Origin: a virus
Direction: 5' to 3' (one strand)
DNA length: 64,000 bases
Virus record (IMG/VR): IMGVR_UViG_3300022841_000013
Location: 6,822 to 70,821 of that record
Positions 19,818 to 28,917 of the stretch are shown piece after piece (positions within the stretch are counted from its first letter, which is position 1; the number at the start of each line of letters is the position of its first letter). The notes under the pieces were generated by a model that was not told the DNA's origin, did no database searches, and saw only the letters and a program-made list of their open reading frames with translations. The translations under genes were made by a program, and so were the position numbers.

Positions 19818-21638
19818 ATGACAACTGGTCTAGACGGAGTACAACTCCACTTGGTAGACACAGTTGACAAAGCTAGAGAGTTCCTAACTTGGTTAGGAGA
19901 GCGGCGTCCGCTGGAAGCCATCGCAATCGACACCGAAACCGGAGAACTTCCCGGTAAGCCTCGTAAAGATGCACTTTCCCCCTGGCACGGCCAGTTACGG
20001 CTAGTTCAGGTTGGCGACGCCATGACTGGTTGGTCAATTCCTTGGGATGATTGGAAGGGCGTCTTCTATGAAGGTATGTCCAAATTTGAAGGCCCCATAG
20101 TCTGCCATAATATTGCCTTTGAGGCCAAATGGTTTGACCAACACTCGGCTTGGAAAATGCCGTGGCATCGCTCTCACGACACAATGATTATGGCTAAGCT
20201 CATAGATCCACTCGGGTCCGGAGCTCTAAAAAAGTTGACTTCCCAATATGTGGACTCAAAGGCAGCGGCAGCTCAATCCGTTTTGGACTATGGCATGACC
20301 GACAATGGGTGGACTTGGGGCACTGTGCCCATTAAGTTTGACCCCTATTGGCAGTATGGTGCCCTTGATCCCGTCCTAACCATGAGACTCTTTGAGAGGT
20401 TCTGGGAGAAGACTGCTCCAGGCAAGCCATACAGCATGGCGTACGAGCTGGAAATGAACACCAGACGTATCGCGACAACAATGGAACTAAACGGTGCTCG
20501 CCTAGATCTTGCCTACTCTCAGAAGAAGTACGATGAATTAATTTCGTATACAGATCAGGTGCGCGACTGGGGTAAGGCTCAGTATGGAATACCGGTCGGT
20601 AGTAACCAGCAACTGGTTAAAGTGTTTGAAGGCCTGGGCGCTACTATCACTGAGCTCACGGAGACCGGACAAAAGTCTGCTAACGCTGACCAGCTAAAAA
20701 TGCTGGTCCGTGACGGCAGCCCAGAGATTCAGCAGTTAGCTGACACCACTCTTAAGTACCGTAAGGCTCTTAAAGTTGCTAACACCTATTTCTCTAATTT
20801 TATCACTGACAATATTGATGGCTACGTTCACCCGTCTATCAACACTATGGGTGCTCGTACTGGTCGTATGTCCATTCAGAACCCAGCTCTGCAGACTCTC
20901 CCCAAAGGCGATGATACCGTTCGTCGTGCATTCTTGCCAAAAGATGACGACCACGTAATTATCACCTCGGACCTTGACCAGGTGGAGTTCCGTATGTTTG
21001 CGACTTTATCTCAGGATCCAAACCTGATTCAACTCTTTTTGCGAGCAGATGCTACTGGTTCTGACCCGTTTACTGAGATTGGCCGTGAGATATACCAAGA
21101 TCCGACTATGGAGAAGTCTGATAGACGACGTGCCCTAATTAAGGGAGTTGTTTATGGGCGTCTATATGGTGCTGGCATAGCTAAGCAGGCACTTACTGCA
21201 GGCGTAGCCGAGGAGCAGATGCGTGCAGTATCGGATAGCTTTGACACTAGGTTCCCGGGTATGCAGGGATTCCAGAAAGCTGTAGAGGCTAGAGGCCTTG
21301 AGAGGCTAGAGGCAGAAGGTACGGGATACGTAAATACCTGGACGGGTCGACGCCTACCGTGCGATGATGACCGTGTGTACACACTGGTTAACTACCTAAT
21401 TCAAGGGGGAGCAGCTGAAGTGTTTAAATCTAATTTAGTAAAACTAGACCAAGCTGACCTGACTGACTTGCTAATTGTCCCGGTTCACGACGAGATTGTA
21501 CTGAATGCGCCCAGAAAGGACGCAGAGGAGATCAAAAGAATAGTGAAGGAGTGTATGACTACAACAGAAGGTTGGGCTGTACCGCTAACTGCGGACGTTG
21601 AAGGACCTCTAGAGAATTGGGGGGTGAAGTACGCATGA
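19818..21638 (+). CDS. polA: Family A DNA polymerase with 3'-5' exonuclease
   Basis: ExoI AIDTETG, ExoII HNIAFE, TGRMS, motif A DLDQVEFR, motif B RALIKGVVYGRLYG, motif C VHDEI. Confidence 0.95.
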   Translation: MTTGLDGVQLHLVDTVDKAREFLTWLGERRPLEAIAIDTETGELPGKPRKDALSPWHGQLRLVQVGDAMTGWSIPWDDWKGVFYEGMSKFEGPIVCHNIAFEAKWFDQHSAWKMPWHRSHDTMIMAKLIDPLGSGALKKLTSQYVDSKAAAAQSVLDYGMTDNGWTWGTVPIKFDPYWQYGALDPVLTMRLFERFWEKTAPGKPYSMAYELEMNTRRIATTMELNGARLDLAYSQKKYDELISYTDQVRDWGKAQYGIPVGSNQQLVKVFEGLGATITELTETGQKSANADQLKMLVRDGSPEIQQLADTTLKYRKALKVANTYFSNFITDNIDGYVHPSINTMGARTGRMSIQNPALQTLPKGDDTVRRAFLPKDDDHVIITSDLDQVEFRMFATLSQDPNLIQLFLRADATGSDPFTEIGREIYQDPTMEKSDRRRALIKGVVYGRLYGAGIAKQALTAGVAEEQMRAVSDSFDTRFPGMQGFQKAVEARGLERLEAEGTGYVNTWTGRRLPCDDDRVYTLVNYLIQGGAAEVFKSNLVKLDQADLTDLLIVPVHDEIVLNAPRKDAEEIKRIVKECMTTTEGWAVPLTADVEGPLENWGVKYA

Positions 21639-22099
21639 TTTATGTATTGGCAGTTGACCCAGGGAAAGCTACTGGTATAGCCCTATTCAGCCGTGACGGA
21701 CTTGCTGAGCCAGTTCTAGAGTGGTCTGTTGAAGTACAACAGGAAGAGTATGCGGAGGTCATACGCATGGTCCTGTGGGATCCTGTGATGCGGTATAACC
21801 TAGATATTACTTGCGAGCGGTTTACGATTAATGCGAAGACAGTTAAAAACACTCAAGCGCCATACTCTCTAGAGCAGATTGGCATACTTAAGCAGTGCCT
21901 AATGGATAATGGACGTCCAGCTGACGATATTTACTTTCAATCGCCTGCAGATGCAAAAGCAATGTTTGACAACCCTAAGCTTAAGAAGCTAGAGTACTGG
22001 CACAGGGGTGGCGAAGGTCACGCACTTGATGCTATTAGACATGGCCTACTAAGATTGGTAAAAACTGGCTGGAAACCTATAGCATTGCTACAAGATTAA
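21635..22099 (+). CDS. RuvC-like Holliday junction resolvase
   Basis: VLAVDPGKATGIA, CERF and HALDAIRH acidic RNase H-fold motifs; ATGA overlap with the polymerase stop. Confidence 0.7.
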   Translation: MIYVLAVDPGKATGIALFSRDGLAEPVLEWSVEVQQEEYAEVIRMVLWDPVMRYNLDITCERFTINAKTVKNTQAPYSLEQIGILKQCLMDNGRPADDIYFQSPADAKAMFDNPKLKKLEYWHRGGEGHALDAIRHGLLRLVKTGWKPIALLQD

Positions 22100-22118
22100 A
22101 ACTATTATCAAGAAACAG

Positions 22119-22147
22119 TAGACAGAAACATTTTTTTCTGATAATAT
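22119..22147 (+). promoter_or_regulatory. Putative sigma70/SigA-type promoter
   Basis: TAGACA, 17-bp spacer, TAATAT preceded by TGn, in an AT-rich intergenic gap. Confidence 0.45.
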
Positions 22148-22174
22148 AATTACTTAATGACGAAGGAGGACAGA

Positions 22175-24016
22175 TTGGCTGTCTATGTAGAGCTTGACGG
22201 TGAGCACATCATCATAAACACCGAATGGCGTCTAAAAGAGGTCTGTAGAGCCCTTCCTGGCTCGAAATGGGACGCTGCCAAGAATGTTTGGCGTATCCCT
22301 GTCTCGTGGACTGGATGTCTATCGCTTCGTTCAACCTTCAAGGACCAACTTGAGATTGGCCCACTGCTCAAAGAATGGGCGTCTAATGAGCGATTGACTA
22401 GAATTGACCCAGCAAATGCTCTTAGAGAGCTTGAAACTTCAGACACTGGCGATGAAGACCTCTTCCCCCACCAAAGAGCTGGCGTAGAGTTCCTCACAAC
22501 GGCTCGCAGGGCACTCTTAGCGGACGAACCAGGCCTAGGTAAGACCGCTCAGGCTATTAGGTCCCTAAAGGCCTTACAGGACCGCGGAGAGGAAGTTTTC
22601 CCGGCTTTGATTGTCTGCCCCAACACTTTGAAGGCCAACTGGGCGAGAGAGTTTGAGAAGTGGTGGCCAGGGACTAACGTTCAGATCATTAAAGGCACTG
22701 CTACTCAGCGGAGAAAGGCTTTCGAGACAGAAGCAGATGTCTACATCATAAATTGGGAGTCCCTTCGGACTCACTCTAAACTTCAGTCTTATGGAGGCAT
22801 TGCCCTGGCCCGCTGTGTAGCATGCGGTGGCCACAATTCTGCTGTCTCAGAGGGCAGATGCGAGGTACACAACAGAGAATTGAATGATATCCCCTTTAAG
22901 GCAGTAGTTGCCGATGAAATTCACCGGTCTAAGGACCCTAAGTCCAAGCAAACACGAGCTCTCTGGGCTGCTAGCGGTGCTGCAGATCTTAGATTTGCAC
23001 TTACCGGTACTCCTATAGCAAATAATGTTGTAGACCTGTACCCGATCCTGCGTTGGCTAGACGACAAAGAGTGGCCAAGCAAGACTAAGTGGATTGACCG
23101 CTATGTCAACACTATGATGAATGCTTTTGGTGGAATGATGATCCTAGGGCTTAAGCCACACATGGAGGATGAATTCTATGCCGGGATACATCCTCGCATG
23201 CGTCGCATGCTTAAAGCCCGTGTGCTCCCGTGGCTTCCAGAGATTATTAATGATCGCAGAGACGTTGAGATGGGCGCTAAACAGGCAAAGGCCTATAAGC
23301 AAATGCTTGAGAATATGATCGCACTGCTGGACTCGACCCCTGCCGAACAGTTTGAGCAAATAGATATGGACTCTGGTAACGGCGAAGGTGGTGTTATTGT
23401 TGCACCTAATCCGCTCACTCAAACGATGAGATTGCTCCAGTTTGCTAGCTCTTACGGTCAGATGACAATAGACGAATCCGGCGATGAGAAATTACTGCTG
23501 TCTGACCCGTCTTGCAAGGTAGATGCCTTGATGGATGACGTCAAAAACGGAGACTTTGGAGACGACTCTGTCGCCGTCTGCGCTGTCTCTCGACAGTTGA
23601 TTGAGATACTGAGCGCCCGCATGACCAAAGAAGGTATGGCCCACGGTTTGATTACCGGCTCACAGTCGGGTGACGAGCGTCAAAAGGCAGTCGACGACTT
23701 TCAGGCTGGACGTATTAAGTGGATTCTCTTCACTGCGCAAGCTGGTGGTGTTGGAATTACCTTGACAGCAGCAAGAAGACTTGTTATGCTTCAGAGACCG
23801 TGGTCACTTGTTGACCACAAGCAGGCAATGGATCGCGTTCACAGGATTGGGTCAGAAATACACGACTCAGTGATTATCACGGACTATGTGACTGAAGGAA
23901 CTATCGAAGAGCGTGTAATTGAAGCGCTTGACGTGAAGTCCGAAAATTTTGACCAGATTGTAAAAGATAAGGCCAAGCTATTAGAACTATTAGAAAACAG
24001 TAAGAAAGGAAAATAA
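22175..24016 (+). CDS. SNF2-family (SF2) DNA helicase
   Basis: LADEPGLGKT, VADEIH, ALTGTP, GGVGITLT and QAMDRVHRIG. TTG at 22175 has an AGGAGG SD (alternative ATG at 22157). Confidence 0.9.
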   Translation: MAVYVELDGEHIIINTEWRLKEVCRALPGSKWDAAKNVWRIPVSWTGCLSLRSTFKDQLEIGPLLKEWASNERLTRIDPANALRELETSDTGDEDLFPHQRAGVEFLTTARRALLADEPGLGKTAQAIRSLKALQDRGEEVFPALIVCPNTLKANWAREFEKWWPGTNVQIIKGTATQRRKAFETEADVYIINWESLRTHSKLQSYGGIALARCVACGGHNSAVSEGRCEVHNRELNDIPFKAVVADEIHRSKDPKSKQTRALWAASGAADLRFALTGTPIANNVVDLYPILRWLDDKEWPSKTKWIDRYVNTMMNAFGGMMILGLKPHMEDEFYAGIHPRMRRMLKARVLPWLPEIINDRRDVEMGAKQAKAYKQMLENMIALLDSTPAEQFEQIDMDSGNGEGGVIVAPNPLTQTMRLLQFASSYGQMTIDESGDEKLLLSDPSCKVDALMDDVKNGDFGDDSVAVCAVSRQLIEILSARMTKEGMAHGLITGSQSGDERQKAVDDFQAGRIKWILFTAQAGGVGITLTAARRLVMLQRPWSLVDHKQAMDRVHRIGSEIHDSVIITDYVTEGTIEERVIEALDVKSENFDQIVKDKAKLLELLENSKKGK

Positions 24017-24948
24017 TGTCAGAACCAATTAGAATCTCTAACTCAGAAATACAGACGTTCAAGGACTGCAGGCGACGTTGGTGGTTAACTTACTACAGAC
24101 GCTTAAAGCCAAAGATTCAAAACTTTACTGGAGCATTAGCACTAGGGTCTCGCATTCACGAGGCGCTGGATCGTCACTACTCAACGGGGCAGGACCTCCT
24201 AGAGGCTCACACCGACTTAATACGAGAAGACATGAAGAAGATGAGTGACTCTTACAGGGATACTACATCTCTAGAGTCTGAGGCTGACCTTGGTCGCATT
24301 ATGCTTGAAGGCTACCTAGAGTGGGTAGAAGAAGAGGGCATTGACGCTGAACTTGAGATGATCTCGACCGAAGAGATCCTAGAACGCCCAATGCTTGACG
24401 GTAAAGTCGTCCTTCAGGGAAAGATTGACATGCGTGTACGTCGAAAGCTTGACGGCGCACGTATGATTCGTGACTTTAAAACTGTAGGTGGCTCTTTTGC
24501 CGACTTTGGCTCCATGGCGCACATGAACGAGCAGGTAAAGACCTACATGCTCCTAGACGAGGCCCAAGAGGTTCCAGGGGAGCGCACGGATGGAGCTATA
24601 TTCACAATGCTTCGGAAGGTTAAGCGTGGCGCATACGCTAAGCCACCATTCTACGAACAGATTGAGGTTCGACACAATAGATTTACACTCCGTGCTTTTC
24701 TAGATCAGCTAGAAGGCACACTGACCGACATGCTAGACGTGCGTGAAGCACTCGATGCTGGCGGTAGTCACTATAGAAATGCATATCCTACACCAACTAA
24801 GGATTGCAAGTGGAAGTGTCAATTCTTCGCTACTTGTCCGCTCTTTGATGACGGCTCTGCCGCAGAGGCGGCACTTAGCGATGCGTTTGCGGTCTCCGAC
24901 CCTTACGGCTACTATGGAATAACAGAAGAGAAGAAAGGAAGTGAGTAA
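24016..24948 (+). CDS. PD-(D/E)XK exonuclease (RecB/Cas4-like)
   Basis: SNSEIQTFKDCRRRW, GSRIHEAL, GKIDM..IRDFKT, C-terminal CKWKCQFFATC. Confidence 0.8.
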   Translation: MSEPIRISNSEIQTFKDCRRRWWLTYYRRLKPKIQNFTGALALGSRIHEALDRHYSTGQDLLEAHTDLIREDMKKMSDSYRDTTSLESEADLGRIMLEGYLEWVEEEGIDAELEMISTEEILERPMLDGKVVLQGKIDMRVRRKLDGARMIRDFKTVGGSFADFGSMAHMNEQVKTYMLLDEAQEVPGERTDGAIFTMLRKVKRGAYAKPPFYEQIEVRHNRFTLRAFLDQLEGTLTDMLDVREALDAGGSHYRNAYPTPTKDCKWKCQFFATCPLFDDGSAAEAALSDAFAVSDPYGYYGITEEKKGSE

Positions 24949-25715
24949 TGTCTGACGTCGATCGCAGTTTAACAATTATGGTTTATGGCGAATCCAAGGT
25001 TGGAAAATCCAGCTTTGCAGTCACGGCACCATACCCACGCCTAATGCTCGATGTTGAGGGTGGGCATAGATTCCTACCAGTAACTATCAAGTATTGGGAC
25101 CCAATGACCGAAGAGCCGCCATTGGCTGACGGTACTTGGGATACGGTTGTAGTCAAAGTTAATGATTACGATGTAGTAATGAAGGCATTCCAATGGCTTC
25201 AGAGTGGTAAGCACCAGTTCAAGTCCCTAATCATTGACTCTATCTCGGAGTTGCAGGTTAAGTGCATGGACAACATCGCTGGCACAGAGCAAATGAAGAT
25301 GCAACAGTGGGGCGAACTACTTCGCCACATGGGTGCACTACTTCGTGACCTTCGTGACCTCACGATGCACCCAACTCAGCCTTTAGAGGCTGTAGTACTG
25401 ACAGCCATGGCACGTAAGGGGCAAGACGGTGTATTCCGTCCTTACCTACAGGGTCAGCTGGCTATTCAGGCCCCCTACTTCTATGACATTCTTGGCGCTA
25501 TCACAGTGGAGACGGAACCAAATCCTGACCCGATGCAAGCACCCCTAAAGGTAAGACGCATGTATGTTGAGCGTACGCCTGAATGGGAGGCCGGAGAGCG
25601 CGTCCAAGGCCGTCTAGGCAAAATAGTACAGCAGGGAGACCTGGGCGTCGAACGCATGCTAGATATGGTTTTTGGCGAGAAAAAGACCGAAACAGCAGCT
25701 ACACTAACTAACTAA
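24948..25715 (+). CDS. AAA ATPase, Sak4-like recombinase
   Basis: Walker A YGESKVGKS and Walker B LIIDSISE; lies between the exonuclease and SSB-like genes. Confidence 0.75.
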   Translation: MSDVDRSLTIMVYGESKVGKSSFAVTAPYPRLMLDVEGGHRFLPVTIKYWDPMTEEPPLADGTWDTVVVKVNDYDVVMKAFQWLQSGKHQFKSLIIDSISELQVKCMDNIAGTEQMKMQQWGELLRHMGALLRDLRDLTMHPTQPLEAVVLTAMARKGQDGVFRPYLQGQLAIQAPYFYDILGAITVETEPNPDPMQAPLKVRRMYVERTPEWEAGERVQGRLGKIVQQGDLGVERMLDMVFGEKKTETAATLTN

Positions 25716-25731
25716 CTAACTAACTAACTAA
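25704..25731 (+). repeat. (CTAA)7 microsatellite spanning the ATPase stop codon
   Basis: Seven perfect CTAA copies read directly from the sequence. Confidence 0.9.
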
Positions 25732-25746
25732 GTAAGGAATAAAATC

Positions 25747-26304
25747 ATGAGTACAGTTAATTTTGCAGAGCTACTGGCGCAAGCTGGTACCGCAGCAACA
25801 AGCAACAACTACGAGCCACTACCAGATGGTGACTATGAGTTGAAAGTAGTCGAGGCAGAAGCAAAGACAACTTCAACTGGGAAGCTAATGTTCAAGATAA
25901 CGAACGAAGTTCAAGGTGGAGCTCACGATAAGCGCCGCGTTTGGGACCAGCTAGTAGTTACAGCTGACAACCCGAAAGCTATGAACATGTTCTTCATGAA
26001 GGCCAGCGCAATGGGATTGGGCCAGGAGTATTGGGCTCAGAACCCAACCCCTGCTCAGATCGAACAGGCGTTCCCTGGCCGCTCTTTCCGTGGGACTCTA
26101 GGTACACGTACCTATAACGGTAACCAGAGCAACGAGATCAAGCGTTACTACGCTAGTACCGCTGCAGCTGCAGCTTCACCTGCAGCACCGGCTCCTGTAG
26201 CTGCTGCTGCTCCAGCTCCAGCTCCAGCTCCAGCTCCAGCTCCAGCTCCAGTGGCTGCTGCCCCTGCTCCTGCAGCACCAATTACTGCAGATACCCCGTT
26301 CTAA
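25747..26304 (+). CDS. Single-stranded DNA-binding protein (DUF669-like)
   Basis: YEPLPDGDYELKV N-domain, (AP)n linker and an SSB-like DTPF C-terminus. Confidence 0.7.
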   Translation: MSTVNFAELLAQAGTAATSNNYEPLPDGDYELKVVEAEAKTTSTGKLMFKITNEVQGGAHDKRRVWDQLVVTADNPKAMNMFFMKASAMGLGQEYWAQNPTPAQIEQAFPGRSFRGTLGTRTYNGNQSNEIKRYYASTAAAAASPAAPAPVAAAAPAPAPAPAPAPAPVAAAPAPAAPITADTPF

Positions 26305-26323
26305 ACAATAGAATATAAGCAGA

Positions 26324-26347
26324 AGGCGGGGCCTTAGGGCCCTGCCT
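26324..26347 (+). terminator. Stem-loop after the SSB-like gene
   Basis: AGGCGGGGCC-TTAG-GGCCCTGCCT 10-bp stem; weak U-tract. Confidence 0.5.
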
Positions 26348-26365
26348 CCTCCTTAAGGAGAGATT

Positions 26366-27376
26366 ATGAAAATACTTTTTACTGGAATGAGCTCTAGTCA
26401 CTGTAAAGAGACTAAGAATGTGTCATTCTTTAGTACTCTCGCATTGGCTTACGGCGAGGTTGCCACTGTAACCTGGGACTCACCCAAGACATGGTGGACT
26501 AGATCTAACCTAGAAGAATTTGACTTGATAGTTTTTGGGTTCTCCCCTCCAACATCTCCTGCAGCAAACAAGCTATACGGAGCACTACACGTGCTCAACC
26601 TTATGTACGAGTCTCCCAAGCTGCGCTTGGTTGTAGATAGCCCTCAGATTTGGCAATACAAAAATAGTATCCGGTCATTTAAGCGTGATCCTGATCAGGT
26701 ATTCAGCAGCTTTTTCTCTAATCGTGTTGACTACTCGGTCTCTAAGAGTGGCCCAGTTAGATCAGCTATTGCGTCAGTTGCAGAGAAGATGGGGTCTCTT
26801 CCGTGGCCTAAAACTTTTGTGCCCGCTGTCCCTTGGCTCTCAACAGCAGATTTAGCAGCAAAGGCTTCTTTTATAAGCCCTAAAGCGATTATACCTATCT
26901 CTATAGACAGTTTTTTACTGCAGGATCCAACCAGCTCGCCGCTCAGGTCCAACACCTGGGCAGTGGAGAATCTAAATAGCTCTTGGTGGAAAACTGTAAA
27001 CTTAACCACAAGGTATTCGGGAATAGCCACAGTGTCCGGGTCTAAGGACAAAGACGCACAAGCAATGGAAGTAATAAAGAGCTCGCTAGCGTTAGTAGTG
27101 CCTCCTCAAGACCGTAAAATGGGAACTTGGTGGTCGTACAGAGTGCTGCAAGCCCTTAATTCCGGAACACCTGTGGTGACATATTGGCAGGACACTTCTG
27201 ACTTCGATTCATCGTGGGCATACCTTGCATATCAGATAGAGGATGCAGACCCATTTGAGCGCCAAAAAGTAGCGTCCGACCAGTTAGCAGCATACAGAAA
27301 AAGTATTCCAAGTAAAGAGGAAACATTAAACACGCTAAAATCTATAGTGATAGACTTATCGAAGGAGAGAATATAA
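26366..27376 (+). CDS. Putative GT-B-fold glycosyltransferase-like protein
   Basis: MKILFTGM Rossmann-like start, FDLIVFG, and C-terminal WWSYRVLQALNSGTPVV. Loosely resembles phage DNA glucosyltransferases. Confidence 0.4.
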   Translation: MKILFTGMSSSHCKETKNVSFFSTLALAYGEVATVTWDSPKTWWTRSNLEEFDLIVFGFSPPTSPAANKLYGALHVLNLMYESPKLRLVVDSPQIWQYKNSIRSFKRDPDQVFSSFFSNRVDYSVSKSGPVRSAIASVAEKMGSLPWPKTFVPAVPWLSTADLAAKASFISPKAIIPISIDSFLLQDPTSSPLRSNTWAVENLNSSWWKTVNLTTRYSGIATVSGSKDKDAQAMEVIKSSLALVVPPQDRKMGTWWSYRVLQALNSGTPVVTYWQDTSDFDSSWAYLAYQIEDADPFERQKVASDQLAAYRKSIPSKEETLNTLKSIVIDLSKERI

Positions 27377-27813
27377 TGCCAGAAATGAACAATGAGTGGA
27401 TTAAAGAGCAGCTAGCGGCTGCAAGAGTTAAAGTTGGATCGGGTAAGGCTATACTAAAGCTTCTCGAAACCTGGGAGTCACTACCGCCTCTAAGTGAGAA
27501 GATGACAGAGGAAGTTTTGACCATATTCCCTCAGCTCGCCATGGGATACGCTCTTAAAGATGAAGACACTAACCCTGAGTATAGCTGGCGTCCGCTTCAA
27601 CCTGGCCAAGTTGTAGTTGGAGACGTTGTTCGCGTTAAAGGTGACGGTTTTGCTGATAAATTAGGCCCCATCCACAATGGGAGACTTGGCACTGTAGTGG
27701 CTGTCCGATATGGGGATGTAATTTTTAACAGTACAGACGGAAAAAATCCTGACCTTAAGGGTGTCCACTACTCTCCCTATAAACTAGAGAAACGCTACGG
27801 GTTAACTCAATAA
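27376..27813 (+). CDS. Hypothetical protein (SH3/KOW-like C-domain)
   Basis: VGDVVRVK..HNGRLGTVVAVRYGDV; translationally coupled to its neighbours. Confidence 0.55.
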   Translation: MPEMNNEWIKEQLAAARVKVGSGKAILKLLETWESLPPLSEKMTEEVLTIFPQLAMGYALKDEDTNPEYSWRPLQPGQVVVGDVVRVKGDGFADKLGPIHNGRLGTVVAVRYGDVIFNSTDGKNPDLKGVHYSPYKLEKRYGLTQ

Positions 27814-28070
27814 TGCGAACATCATTTGAGCTAAAAGTTGCAGCAGAGACTTTAGAGGAAGCAAAAACTCTAGCTATGGGTAAAATTGCACTATTCCTCG
27901 AAATTCCCATTGAAGAGGTCTTGGATCAGGTTACTCTAGAGATTAAGGTCTCGTACCCTAAAGCTGAGACCATATCTGAGGTTGAAGAAGCTCAGAAAGC
28001 AGATATATTTGTTGTAACTGCCTTTGGCTCTCTAAAACAAGGTTTAGTTAAGCCCTTTGGCAACAAGTAA
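27813..28070 (+). CDS. Hypothetical protein
   Basis: TAATG coupling with the upstream gene. Confidence 0.55.
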   Translation: MRTSFELKVAAETLEEAKTLAMGKIALFLEIPIEEVLDQVTLEIKVSYPKAETISEVEEAQKADIFVVTAFGSLKQGLVKPFGNK

Positions 28071-28088
28071 CTAGTTTTGTAATCTACG

Positions 28089-28463
28089 GTGAACCACCGT
28101 AATGCCTTATATAAGCTTATTTATGTGGACGTATTAAAATTAAGGCTACCTAAGGATCCCAGTTGGATTACTTGGGACGGTGACGGCTTCCCACGCCAAG
28201 GGTCAGAAGACTCTATTATATTTTTCTTGAGTGAGCACATATACTTCGACAGTGATATCTCCTACAGGAGGTCTCTAGCTTCCGCCATACAGCAAGAAGG
28301 CGTATCCGAGACGGCTGGTGCTGCCCATAGGCTTATAGACGCAGCATGGATGACTAAAGCCGGGTACTCCTACCTTGAGGGCGAAAGATTCCCTACCTAC
28401 TACGACTTATCAGACGAAGAGTATGAACGAGACGCAACTTTTGTGGAGGTAGATATTGTTTAG
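28089..28463 (+). CDS. Hypothetical protein
   Basis: ORF fills the gap between genes; start codon uncertain. Confidence 0.5.
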   Translation: MNHRNALYKLIYVDVLKLRLPKDPSWITWDGDGFPRQGSEDSIIFFLSEHIYFDSDISYRRSLASAIQQEGVSETAGAAHRLIDAAWMTKAGYSYLEGERFPTYYDLSDEEYERDATFVEVDIV

Positions 28464-28917
28464 TCAATCACCAGATTGGCACGATAAAGGAGAGTGTGCT
28501 AAACCAGAGAATCTAGACAAGATGGGTAGTTTTTTTGCTAACAAGCCCTCTCAGCAGTTAGAGGCTAAAAAGCTATGTAGTGCTTGCCCGGTTAAGCGCG
28601 ACTGTATTAAGTGGGCACTTGACAACAAACAGCTTTGGGGTATCTGGGGTGGCTTGGACTACCAGCAGGTGAGAAATACTCTTTCCGTAAACTGGGACGG
28701 ACAAGAGATGCGATATAAAAAGTTCCCCCTCTGCCCAAGCTGTCGTGCAAAAACTGACAAGCTAATAATCGCTACAGTAGATCGGCCTGACGGCGGCCGA
28801 TGGGCAACTATGAAGATAGTTGGCTGCAGCGAGTGCAAATTCACGTGGCAAAGTAGAACTAGTGCTAACGCGGTAGAGGCATTTCATGCCCTTATCGAGA
28901 AAAACAAAGAAAACTAG
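28456..28917 (+). CDS. whiB: WhiB-family Fe-S transcription regulator with C-terminal Zn-ribbon
   Basis: W..KGEC..FF..AKKLCSACPVKRDC..WAL..WGIWGGL, plus extra CPSC and CSEC motifs. Confidence 0.9.
   Translation: MFSQSPDWHDKGECAKPENLDKMGSFFANKPSQQLEAKKLCSACPVKRDCIKWALDNKQLWGIWGGLDYQQVRNTLSVNWDGQEMRYKKFPLCPSCRAKTDKLIIATVDRPDGGRWATMKIVGCSECKFTWQSRTSANAVEAFHALIEKNKEN

Noticed and set aside
24016-24948. Cas4 as part of a CRISPR-Cas system
   Set aside because: No other cas genes or array. The exonuclease-ATPase-SSB context indicates a phage recombination module.
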